Part shown: positions 1 through 10,669 of the stretch, in pieces | Position numbering within the stretch: position 1 is the stretch's first letter | Layout of the letters: every line of letters begins with the position of its first letter | DNA from: Candidatus Eiseniibacteriota bacterium | Lineage (GTDB): Bacteria; Eisenbacteria; RBG-16-71-46 | Direction: 5' to 3' | NCBI GenBank assembly: GCA_038231135.1 | Contig: JBBRLX010000004.1 | Span: 154,064 to 218,063 of the forward strand | Length of the DNA: 64,000 nucleotides | Program-made: the position numbers and the translations under genes | Notes under the pieces: model-generated | Databases searched by the model: none | Told to the model about the DNA's origin: nothing | What the model saw: only the letters and a program-made list of their open reading frames with translations

Positions 1-674
1 AGCAGGAAGTGCAGGTCGGGATAGCTCTCGTGGCGCGGCAGCACTTCGCGCAGCACCACAGCGGCCTCGGCCGGCTGGTTCTGCTGGAGCAGCGCATGGA
101 ACCGCTCGAGCCGGTCCGCCAGCCCGGCGTTCCCCAGATGGAGCCCGCGACGGATCAGCGCGTCGGCGCCGTCCCAATCGGCGTGCTCGAGCCGCGCCAG
201 GCCCTGCGCGAACGCCCGCGGATCCTCGACCGGCACTCCGGCGCCCAGCGTGCGCAGCGCCGCCAGCGATTCGCCGATCATGCCGTCGCGGGCGTCGAGC
301 AGCGCGAGCTCGACACGCGCCTCGACGTACGCCGGGTTGATCGTGATCGCCTGCTCGAGCGCCCGGCGCGCCTCCCGTCCCCGGTCGGTGCGGAGCAGCG
401 CGCACGCGTGCTGATATTGCAGGTCGGCGAACCGCGGCTTGAGCCGGACTGCCGCGCCGAGCGCCCGTTCGGCGGCAGCGGCATCGTCCGCACGCAGCGC
501 CTCCCGCGCGATCGCGGCCCACGCCAGCGCGGCCGGCGTCGCGAGCGACTCGAAAGGTCCCGCCTGCAGTACACGCTCGACGAGCACGTGGGCATCGGAA
601 AACCGGCGCTGGCGCGCGAGCTGAAGCGCGGGCTCGAATTCGGAGGTCGGAGTCGGAACGGGTCGCGGGCTCAT
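1..674 (-). CDS. Tetratricopeptide repeat protein (runs off window start)
   Basis: Manual minus-strand translation from ATG at 674: MSPRPVPTPTSEFEPALQLARQRRF...AVRLKPRFADLQYQHA...ALEQAITINPAYVEARVELA, with TPR-like helices and no stop seen before the window edge. Confidence 0.7.
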   Translation of the reverse strand, partial: MSPRPVPTPTSEFEPALQLARQRRFSDAHVLVERVLQAGPFESLATPAALAWAAIAREALRADDAAAAERALGAAVRLKPRFADLQYQHACALLRTDRGREARRALEQAITINPAYVEARVELALLDARDGMIGESLAALRTLGAGVPVEDPRAFAQGLARLEHADWDGADALIRRGLHLGNAGLADRLERFHALLQQNQPAEAAVVLREVLPRHESYPDLHFL

Positions 675-683
675 GATGTCCTC

Positions 684-705
684 TCAGGCTGCTGAAACAG
701 CCTGA
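684..705. repeat. Short palindrome resembling fused IS inverted-repeat ends
   Basis: TCAGGCTG-CTGAAA-CAGCCTGA; the CAGGCTGCTGAAA part is identical to the putative IS end at 63866. Confidence 0.5.
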
Positions 706-706
706 T

Positions 707-1336
707 TTACATGGGTCCTAGTAATCGCATGGCGTACCCGGAGAACAGCGTGATCCCCAGGTTGTCGTCCAGAGGTATCGGCAGGAACTCCGACAAACTT
801 GCGACCAGCGCGCCGGTGAGCGCCACCGGCCAGGTCAGATAGCCGCCCGCGACCAGTGTGGCCGACCACAGCACGCAGGCCAGGAATCCGCCGAGCGCCC
901 CCTCCAGCGACTTACCGAAGAACCGGGTGCGGCCGTAGGCGCGCCCCACGATCGCCGCCAGGCCGTCGCCGAGCACGGTGAACCCGATCGCGGCCGCGGC
1001 GATCGGCCGTGGGAACAGGTCCACCGCGAGCAGTGTCGCCAGCAGCAGGTACGTGGATCCCAGGAGCTGGGTCTCCTCGTGCCGGCGGATCAATTCGCCG
1101 AACAGCTGCCGGAAGAACTCCCGGAACCGGTCGTCGTGAATGCGCATGAGGTCGAGCGTCATCGCCACCACCACCATCAGCACCAGCAGCGCGGTCCACT
1201 CGCCACGCGTACGCGGCCACGCGAGCCACGGGTGCAGCAGCGCAAACGGCACCACCACGAACGCGAGGTGGATCGCCTTGCGGCGGATCTCCGCGCGCAG
1301 CGCGTGCGACGGCAGGAGCGGGCCGGCCGGTGTCAC
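707..1336 (-). CDS. Diacylglycerol/polyprenol (dolichol/phytol) kinase family membrane protein
   Basis: RRKAIH, GDGLAAIVG, KSLEG and DDNL motifs with multiple TM segments; GTG start overlaps the upstream stop (GTGA). Confidence 0.85.
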   Translation of the reverse strand: MTPAGPLLPSHALRAEIRRKAIHLAFVVVPFALLHPWLAWPRTRGEWTALLVLMVVVAMTLDLMRIHDDRFREFFRQLFGELIRRHEETQLLGSTYLLLATLLAVDLFPRPIAAAAIGFTVLGDGLAAIVGRAYGRTRFFGKSLEGALGGFLACVLWSATLVAGGYLTWPVALTGALVASLSEFLPIPLDDNLGITLFSGYAMRLLGPM

Positions 1337-2217
1337 GAGCCGGACTCCCGGCGCCGGGCCGCGATCGTGAAGTACGCCCCGCGCGCGCCCGCGACCCGTT
1401 GCAGGCGATCGTCCCACGCGCGGAACCAGCGTGCCGCCGCGTGGCGCAGCGGTCCCAGCCTGAGCTTGGGAGCCAGGTACCAGAAGAACGGCAGGAACTC
1501 GCGATGCTCGATCACCTCGAACCGCCGCGCGATCGCGGGCACGATCGACTCCTGCGAGATGCCCTCGAACGGCGACGCATCGTGGAGCGGCGCGCCCGTG
1601 CCGCGCGCCAGCGCCGCGCGCTTGTCGCGTTCGGTGGCGAAGAACGCGCCGAGCCGCCTCCGCAGCGCCCACTTGCGGCGGTACGGCAGGTAGGTCGGGA
1701 ACACCGCGAGCACGGCGGCCGCCCCGACGCGCGCCACGCGGCCGAGGCCCGCATAGTCGAGCACCAGCAGCGTCCCTCCCGGCTTCAGCACCCGCTCCAC
1801 GCGCCCGAGCAGCGCATCCAGCTCGAGGATGTGATGCAGCGCGTCGTGCGCCACCACGCCGTCGAACGGTCCGGCCGGCAACTCCATGTAGTTGAGGTCG
1901 CCGGCGACGAACGCGGGCCCCCCGCCGCCGGTCACGCGCGCGCGCGCCGCGGCGATCCGCTCGGGACTCAGATCGATCGCGGTCACGTCGCGGCCGCGCC
2001 GCGCCAGCTCGAGCGCCAGATCGCCCTCGCCGCATCCGAGTTCGAGCAGCCGCGGCCCGAGCGTCGCGGCGCGCGCGACGAACCACCGCTCCTCGGCGCC
2101 GAAGAACAGCTCCTGCAGCACCGGGTCGTCCCAGATCTGCGGATTCTCGGGATCGTGCGTGACCGATCCCCAGTGGGCGGCCTCGCGGCGCGCGAGCTGA
2201 GCGTAGCGTTCGTCCAC
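1333..2217 (-). CDS. Class I SAM-dependent methyltransferase
   Basis: LLELGCGEG motif I, IDLS, FDGVVAHDALHH, LKPGG. Confidence 0.85.
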   Translation of the reverse strand: MDERYAQLARREAAHWGSVTHDPENPQIWDDPVLQELFFGAEERWFVARAATLGPRLLELGCGEGDLALELARRGRDVTAIDLSPERIAAARARVTGGGGPAFVAGDLNYMELPAGPFDGVVAHDALHHILELDALLGRVERVLKPGGTLLVLDYAGLGRVARVGAAAVLAVFPTYLPYRRKWALRRRLGAFFATERDKRAALARGTGAPLHDASPFEGISQESIVPAIARRFEVIEHREFLPFFWYLAPKLRLGPLRHAAARWFRAWDDRLQRVAGARGAYFTIAARRRESGS

Positions 2218-2224
2218 GAGTGTC

Positions 2225-4554
2225 CTATTCGCGCCGCGGGCGCATCTCGCCCACGGCCTGGCGCAGGCCGAGGATGATCTGCACGTAGTCATGCGCCTGA
2301 CCGTACCCGATCAGCTCGCACGCCAAAGCCTCGCCCCCGGGGTCCGGCAGGCGCGCCGCCCAGCGCAGGGCCGGCGTGGGACCGGCATTGTACGCCGCGA
2401 GCGCCATCGCGGGCCGCAGGTCGAAGCGTTGCAGCAGGCGGCCGAGATAGCCGGCGCCCAGCCTGAGGTTGAGCGCGGGATCGAACAGGTCCTCTGCATC
2501 CGGCACCGGCAGCCGCAACAGCCGCGCCTGCTCGACGGCGGTCGCCAGCTTGAGCTGCATCAGCCCCCGCGCGTCGCTGCGCGATCGCGCCAGCGGATCG
2601 AACTTGCTCTCCTGCCACACCACTCCATAGATCAGGCCGCGATCCGGACGGAACGGCGCCATCCGCAGCATGCCCTCGCCGGGCGGCGGCGGCCGGTCCG
2701 GGCCCGTTCCCGGCAGGTCGCTCCAGTCGGCGCCGCCGGCGCTGACATCGAGCGCCGGCGGCACGATCCACGGCGTGACGCTCCAGCGCGTGAGCGGCGC
2801 GGAATCCGGCGCCGCCTCGAATGCGGCGCGCGCGTACCGGATGCCCGTGGCCCAGCGGCCCGCTCCGTATGCGATCCGGGCGGCGGCCAGCAACTGGCGC
2901 CAGCGTGGCTCGCGGAGCGGCGCGATGCGAACGGGACCGGGCTGCGTGTCCATTCCGGCGGGCGTCGTCGCGATTCTCCCGGCGCTGTCGGCCGCGGCGA
3001 ACGCCGCCGGCGAATCGGGCAGCGGCGCGGCGAGGCGCGGGTCGCCCTGCGACCAGCGGTCGAGCACGCGGATCGCGTCGTCGCGGGCGCCGATCGCGAG
3101 CAGCAGCGACGCCAGCCGCACGCCGGGATCGGGCCGCGTCGCGGCGGCGGCGACCGTGTCGGGCCAGCCGGTAACGCCAAGCGTCTCGCGTGCCGCCATG
3201 CGATAGAACGCGTATCCCGGCTCGCGCGCGAGTTCGCGCAGCAGCGAATCCGCCGCCGCCCGCTCGTGCGGCCGGACCGTGACCGCGGTCCAGAACCGCC
3301 GCCCGTCGGGATCCGCGTTCCGCCACGCGGCCAGCGCGCCTTCGGCGTCGTGCTGCTGCAATCGGTGGATGCCGGCGCGCAACGCCGCCTCGGGAGCGTG
3401 CCGGGCGCCCAGCGCCGCGACGCGTTCCGCGGCCTCGAGCGCATCGTCCCAGCGATCGCCGTCCTCCGACTCGCGCAGCCGCTCCCACCACGCGATCTCG
3501 CGCACGCTGTCGGTGGTCGCGAGCGCGGCAGCGCGTGCCCAGGCCGCGAACGCCGCGTCGCGCTGCCCGGCGTCGCGCAGCACCCGCGCGCGCTCGAGCT
3601 CGACGGCGGCGCGGGTCGCCGAGTCAACCGCGGCGCGCGCCGCCGTGTCCAGCGCCAGCCGGGCGGCGGAGAATTCCTTCTGCATGCGGAGGATTTCGCC
3701 CCGGCGCAGCGCGAGTCGCGCGCGGTCCGGCGCGCCCGCGTCACGCTCGGCGCGCAGCAGGCGCGCGACCGCCGCCTGCCGGTCGCCGGTCAGGAACTCC
3801 ACTTCGGCCGCGGCCCGTTCATCCGCCGGCGACGGTGGTTGGCCGCGTTCCTTCATCCACTGCTCGAGGTCGGTCAGCGCGCGCAGTGCGGGCGGCAGCG
3901 AGGGATAGCGGCGCACGGTCTGGCGCGCGAACTCGATCGCCTGCGGGCCATCGCCGAGGCGCATCCGCAGCTCCGCGCGGCGCACCAGCCAGGACGACCG
4001 GTCGAGATCGGACCACGCGCCGCGATCGGTCGCGGCCAGCAGCGAATCCGCGCGCGCCGGGTCCCCCCGCAGCATCGCCAGGTCGGCGCGTCCGCGCAGC
4101 GCCTCATAGGTCCACGGGGTCCGGTCGGCCGCGAGCGCCGCCCACGCGCGGTCGGCGCCGAGCGTGTCGCCCGCGGCGAGCAGCAGCGGCGCGAGCCGCT
4201 CGAGTCCGTAGCCGCGCAGCTCGCGGTCGCCGAGCAGCGCGCCCCACGCGCGCAGCGTGTCGGCACGCCCGGGACCCGCGACCGCGAGTGCCCGGCGCAG
4301 CGAATCCACGGCCGGCGGCACGGGAATCGACGTCGTCGTCCACACCACGGCCCCGTCCGGCCCGACGCGATCGGGTCCGAACAGCCCCGCCGCCGCCGGC
4401 GCCACGGGCGGTGGCGAGCCCGTGAACACATCGGCCGCGCGCGTGGCCGGCGCGGGCGCGGGCGTCGCCGCTGCGGCCTGCGAGTCCACCCCGCGCGCGG
4501 GCACGGCGCCGCACGCCAGCAGCAGCGCCAGCGCACGCACGCGCACGCCCCGCG

Positions 4555-4558
<4 letters not shown>
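2225..4558 (-). CDS. Lytic transglycosylase (Slt70-like: TPR/helical region plus C-terminal SLT domain)
   Basis: Signal peptide; WQESKF, ARGLMQL, AAYNAG motifs. The start may be ATG 4564 or GTG 4558. Confidence 0.85.
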
Positions 4559-6095
<1,537 letters not shown>

Positions 6096-6099
<4 letters not shown>

Positions 6100-6533
6100 G
6101 CGCCTCCCGGCGGGAACAGCGTGACGTAGTCGGTCTCCGAACGGTCGAAGCGGCCGTTCGACATCGATACCACCTCCACGACGCCGGCGCCGGCGTTGCG
6201 GAACGCGTGCAGCGTGCCCGGCTCGATGCGCGTGATGAATCCGCCCGCGCCGTCGAAGCGCCGCTGCTCCTGCGCCTCGCCGCCAGGCGCGCGCCACGCC
6301 ACCTCCACCGCTCCTTCATAGTGGACGAACGCCACCTCGCGGCGCGCGGCATGGCGATGGTTGCCGCGCACCTGCCCCGGCCGGATGCCGACGACGTGCA
6401 CTTCGACGATCGCGCCCAGCCACGCGAGCGTGTCGTCGTCGAAGAAGAACGCGGCGCCGCGGCCGTCGTCCTTGTCCGGCAGGTGCAGGAACCGCAGCGG
6501 CGCCCGGGGATCGAGTTCGGCCGGCGGGCTCAA
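6096..6533 (-). CDS. Cupin-fold protein (WxcM/sugar isomerase-like)
   Basis: D-GRG, RGNHRH...E and PGTLHAFRN cupin motifs; TTG start overlaps the purH stop and its stop overlaps the guaA start. Confidence 0.75.
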
Positions 6534-8116
6534 TGCCGGAACTCCCGGCGGCCGGTGACCAGCATCGCGATCCCATGCCCATCGCACGCCGCGATCACCT
6601 CGGCATCCTTCACCGAGCCGCCAGGCTGGACGATCGCCGTGATTCCGGCCGCGGCGGCATGATCGACGTTGTCGGGGAACGGCAGGAACGCATCGCTCGC
6701 GAGCGACGCGCCACCGAGCTCGTGGCCCGCGCGGCGGGCCTTGAGGATCGCGACATCCACCGCGTCCACGCGGCTCGTCTGGCCGGAACCCAGCCCCAGG
6801 AGCTCGGTGCCGCGCGCGATCGCGATCGCGTTGGACCGCGCGACCGCGACCACGTCCCACGCGAACCGCAGCGCCCCAAGCTCGGCAGCCTGCGGCGCGC
6901 GCCGGGTGACGCAGCGCCAGTCGGGCGCGGCGTCGCCGGCATCGCGCTGCGCCAGCGCCCACGGTCCCACCCGGCGCACCTCGAGGCCCCCCGGCGGTCG
7001 CGCGTCCCCGGGCGCCAGCGTCACCAGCCGGAGGTTTCGCCGGACTTCGAGCACTGCGATCGCGCCGGCGTCGTAGCCGGGCGCGACCACGCATTCGAGG
7101 AACACCCCCGCCATGCGCGCCGCCGTCGCCGAGTCCAGCGCGCGATTGAACGCCACGATGCCGCCGAACGCGGACTGGGGATCGGTCTCGAGCGCCGCGT
7201 CCCACGCCGCCGCCAGCGTCGCGGCGCGGGCGGCGCCGCACGGCTGCGTGTGCTTCACGATCACGCACGCCGGCGTGTCCGCCCAGCGATACGCCAGTCC
7301 GGCCGCGGCCTCGACGTCGAGCAGATTGTTGAACGACAACTCGCGCACCTCGCGCCGTGCATCCAGCCCCGCCCCGCGGCCGGCGCGCTCGTACAGCGCG
7401 GCGCGCTGGTGCGGGTTCTCGCCGTACCGCAGTCCGCGCACCCGCTCGAACGCCTCGACGATCACCGGCGGCAGCGCCTCGCCCCCGCGCCGCGACAGCT
7501 CGGACGCGATCGCGGCGTCGTATCCGGCGGTGCGCGCGAACGCCGCCGCGGCCCAGTCGCGCCGTTCGGCGGGCGTGACGCCGCGCTCGAGCCCCAGGAG
7601 CACGGCCGGGTACTGCGACGGGTCGTGCACCACGATCACGCCCGCGAAGTTCTTCGCCGCCGCGCGCAGCAGCGCGACGCCGCCGACGTCGATCTCCTCG
7701 ATCGCCGCGGGCTCGTCGAGCGCGGCCGCGCGCGTCTCGAACGGATACAGCGACACGGCGACGAGATCGATCGGATCGAGTCCGCGCTCCCGCAGCGTGG
7801 CCATGTCCCCGGCCTGGTCGCGGCGCGCGAGGATCGGCGCGTGGATGCTGGGATGCAGCGTCTTCACGCGGCCGCCGAGCAGCTCGGGCACGCCGGTCCA
7901 GTCCGCGACGTCCGTCACCCCGAGGCCCGCCGCGCGCAGGTGCCGGGCGGTGCCGCCGGACGCCAGCAGGCGGGTGCCGCGGGCAGCGAGCGCTGCCGCG
8001 AACTCCTGGGCGCCGCCCAGGTCCGACAGCGACAGCAGCGCCACGCGCGGCCAGCCGTGCGGCGGGACCGGGCTCAGATCACGTCCCGGCGGCGGGTGGA
8101 CCCAGGTCGGGCGCAA
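6530..8116 (-). CDS. purH: Bifunctional AICAR formyltransferase/IMP cyclohydrolase
   Basis: GGRVKTLHP, IDVGGVALLRAAAKN, LRYGENPHQ, SAFGG, SDAFLPFPD, QPGGS, REFRH. Confidence 0.96.
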   Translation of the reverse strand: MRPTWVHPPPGRDLSPVPPHGWPRVALLSLSDLGGAQEFAAALAARGTRLLASGGTARHLRAAGLGVTDVADWTGVPELLGGRVKTLHPSIHAPILARRDQAGDMATLRERGLDPIDLVAVSLYPFETRAAALDEPAAIEEIDVGGVALLRAAAKNFAGVIVVHDPSQYPAVLLGLERGVTPAERRDWAAAAFARTAGYDAAIASELSRRGGEALPPVIVEAFERVRGLRYGENPHQRAALYERAGRGAGLDARREVRELSFNNLLDVEAAAGLAYRWADTPACVIVKHTQPCGAARAATLAAAWDAALETDPQSAFGGIVAFNRALDSATAARMAGVFLECVVAPGYDAGAIAVLEVRRNLRLVTLAPGDARPPGGLEVRRVGPWALAQRDAGDAAPDWRCVTRRAPQAAELGALRFAWDVVAVARSNAIAIARGTELLGLGSGQTSRVDAVDVAILKARRAGHELGGASLASDAFLPFPDNVDHAAAAGITAIVQPGGSVKDAEVIAACDGHGIAMLVTGRREFRH

Positions 8117-8123
8117 TGGCCGC

Positions 8124-9017
8124 TCACGCGTCGCCCGCGAGCCGCCGCATCGCCTCGAAGTAGCGCTCGCGGGTCTTGAGCACGATCTCCGCCGGCAGCG
8201 CCGGCGCGGGCGGCTCGTGGTTCCAGCCCGAGGCGTCGAGCCAGTCGCGGACGTACTGCTTGTCGAACGACAGCAACCGCCCCGCCGCGTATTCCGCGCG
8301 ATCCCAGTAGCGCGACGAATCGGGCGACAGGATCTCGTCGATCAGGGTGAGCACCCCGTCCACGCGGCCGAATTCGAACTTGGTGTCGGCGAGCACCAGT
8401 CCGCGGTCCCACGCGCGCGCGCGCGCCGCCTCGTAGATCGCGAGGCTGCGCGAGCGCAGCGCGTCCGCGGTCTCGGGACCTGACAGGCGCACCATGTCGT
8501 CGAACGTGATGTTCTCGTCGTGACCCTGGTCCGCCTTGCTCGCGGGCGTGAAGATCGCGGGCTCGAGCCGCGCGCCGTCGTGGAGGCCGGACGGCAGCGG
8601 AATGCCGCATACGGCGCCCGTCGCGCGATACTCCCGCCACCCCGAGCCCGTGAGGTAGCCGCGCACCACGCACTCGACGTCGATGCGCTCCGCGCGGCGC
8701 ACCAGCTGGCTGCGGCCGGCGAGGAATTCGGCGTGAGGCGCGAATTCCGCCGGGTAGTGCTGCGGATCGTCGGTCACCAGGTGATGGGGTGCCGCCTCCG
8801 GCAGCGTCGTCATCCACCACGTGGTGAGCGCGGTGAGGACGTGGCCCTTGTCGGGGATCGAAGTCGGCAGCACGCTGTCGTATGCCGACAGCCGGTCACT
8901 GGCCACGATCACGAGCTGGTCGGGGCCCGCGGCGTAGAGGGTGCGCACCTTGCCGGCGCGCCATGGGTCGAGCCCCGCGAGCCTGATCTCGGACACTCCC
9001 GCGTGTTCGACGGTCAT
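8124..9017 (-). CDS. purC: SAICAR synthetase
   Basis: GKVR, SDRLSAYD, ECVVRGYLTGSG, DTKFEFG, DEILSPDSSRYW, DKQYVRDWL. Confidence 0.96.
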   Translation of the reverse strand: MTVEHAGVSEIRLAGLDPWRAGKVRTLYAAGPDQLVIVASDRLSAYDSVLPTSIPDKGHVLTALTTWWMTTLPEAAPHHLVTDDPQHYPAEFAPHAEFLAGRSQLVRRAERIDVECVVRGYLTGSGWREYRATGAVCGIPLPSGLHDGARLEPAIFTPASKADQGHDENITFDDMVRLSGPETADALRSRSLAIYEAARARAWDRGLVLADTKFEFGRVDGVLTLIDEILSPDSSRYWDRAEYAAGRLLSFDKQYVRDWLDASGWNHEPPAPALPAEIVLKTRERYFEAMRRLAGDA

Positions 9018-9883
9018 GGAATGCTCCCCTTGCTGGAGGTCGCGGCGGGCGGCGGCGCCACACCGGGTCGTGCGTCCCCGGCGGACGACGTCCGGCCGCG
9101 CGTCGTGAACCGCGATGCGATCCAGTCCGGCAAGGCGCCGATGTCCGGGATCGCGGGAACGCCGGGCGGCGCGTAGTCGCCGGCGGGATCGATGAGCACC
9201 ACGGGCATGCCGGCGGCGCGCGCGCCGGTCACGTCCACCGCCACGATGTCGCCCACGTAGAGTGCGTGCGCGGCCGGCGTCGCGAGCCGGTCGAGCGCGA
9301 TCCGGAAGATGCGCGGGTCGGGCTTCTCGACCCCCACGAGCTGCGAGTCCACCACGAACTCGAGCCCGTTCCGCACACCGCAGTCGATCAGGTGGCGTTC
9401 CGCGCGGCCGTCGGAATTCGACACCACCGCCATGCGAACGCCGAGCGCCGCGACGCCGTCGAGCGCGACGCGGGCGCCCTCCATCGGGCGCAGCCACAAC
9501 CCGCACTCCGCGTGCCGCCGTTCGAAGCGCTCGAGCACCTGCGGAATCGCAACCGCCGGCACCCCCGCCGACTCCAGCATGCCGCGGAAATACGCCTGGG
9601 TGTCGCCGATGGATCCCAACGGGGGCGCGGGCCCGGCCGGGGACGGCGGCAGGCCGCGACTCGCGTCGTAGCGGCGCCGGCCGTCCACCTCGGCGCGCCG
9701 CAGCACGTCCGGCGCGGCCACGATGTCCAGCGCGGCCAGCAGTTCCGAGATCCATTCGAAGTCGATCCGCACCAGCGTGCCGCCGGCGTCGAACACCACG
9801 GCCTCGAGCAGCGGTCGGGGTCCCGAACTCCCGCCGCCCGGTTCCGGCCGGGGCGCGGCTGCTGTGCCATCGCGATCAGGCAT
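9014..9883 (-). CDS. HAD-superfamily hydrolase (HAD-IA)
   Basis: FDAGGTL, VVSNSD, KPDPRIF, YVGD...D. Confidence 0.88.
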   Translation of the reverse strand: MPDRDGTAAAPRPEPGGGSSGPRPLLEAVVFDAGGTLVRIDFEWISELLAALDIVAAPDVLRRAEVDGRRRYDASRGLPPSPAGPAPPLGSIGDTQAYFRGMLESAGVPAVAIPQVLERFERRHAECGLWLRPMEGARVALDGVAALGVRMAVVSNSDGRAERHLIDCGVRNGLEFVVDSQLVGVEKPDPRIFRIALDRLATPAAHALYVGDIVAVDVTGARAAGMPVVLIDPAGDYAPPGVPAIPDIGALPDWIASRFTTRGRTSSAGDARPGVAPPPAATSSKGSIP

Positions 9884-10523
9884 CCGACCGGACTCCCCCG
9901 GGAAGTGTGGCGGCGAACACCAGTCGCGCGCCGTCGAGCTGCCATGGCTCGGTGAGGAACCGGCGCACCGACGCCGGATAGAGCCGGTGCTCGGCGGCGT
10001 GAATTCGATCGGCCAGCGTGACCCGTGTGTCGTCGTCGCGCACCTCGACCGCGGACTGGGCGACGATCGGTCCGGCGTCGAGCGCCGCGGTGACGACATG
10101 CACGGTGCAGCCCGTGACCTTGACGCCGGCCCGCCATGCCTGGCCGATGGCGTCGAGCCCGGGGAACGCCGGGAGCAGCGACGGATGCAGATTCAGCACG
10201 CGCTGGTCGAACGCGTCGAGGAATCGGGCGTGGAGCCGCCGCATGAATCCGGCGAGCAGCACCACCTCGACACCGCGGGCCTCGAGCGCATCGATCCACG
10301 GCCGCTCGTCCTCGAGCACGGTCCGCAGCCGTCCCACGCGGGGCGTCAGGGCTTCGATGCCGAACCGGCGCGCGTGGCCGAGCGCCGGAGCATCCGGCTG
10401 GTCGCTGAGCAGGGTCACGATCCTTCCGCCCAGTTCCCCCCGCGCCGCGGCACGCGCCAGCGCCTCGAAGTTCGAGCCCTGGCCGGATGCGAGCACGGCG
10501 ATGGCGCGATCGGAGGTGAGCAC
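9876..10523 (-). CDS. purN: Phosphoribosylglycinamide formyltransferase
   Basis: VLASGQGSNFEAL, LAGFMR, NLHPSLLPAFPG, GCTVH, DAGPI. Confidence 0.95.
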   Translation of the reverse strand: MLTSDRAIAVLASGQGSNFEALARAAARGELGGRIVTLLSDQPDAPALGHARRFGIEALTPRVGRLRTVLEDERPWIDALEARGVEVVLLAGFMRRLHARFLDAFDQRVLNLHPSLLPAFPGLDAIGQAWRAGVKVTGCTVHVVTAALDAGPIVAQSAVEVRDDDTRVTLADRIHAAEHRLYPASVRRFLTEPWQLDGARLVFAATLPGGVRSDA

Positions 10524-10528
10524 ACGCC

Positions 10529-10558
10529 AATTTAGCAACCCGTTCCCGCGCCCGGCAA
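10529..10558 (-). promoter_or_regulatory. Putative sigma70 promoter of the pur operon (leaderless purN)
   Basis: TTGCCG-N18-TAAATT with an extended TG, ending 5 nt before the purN GTG. Confidence 0.55.
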
Positions 10559-10669
10559 GCGCCTGAATCCGGTGGTGCCGGACCCTCCGGAGTTCGCTCC
10601 GGCATCGGCACGGCGCGCGGCGCCGCTCACGGGCGCCATCACGGCCGGCGCACCCGTCGGGGGCCGATG

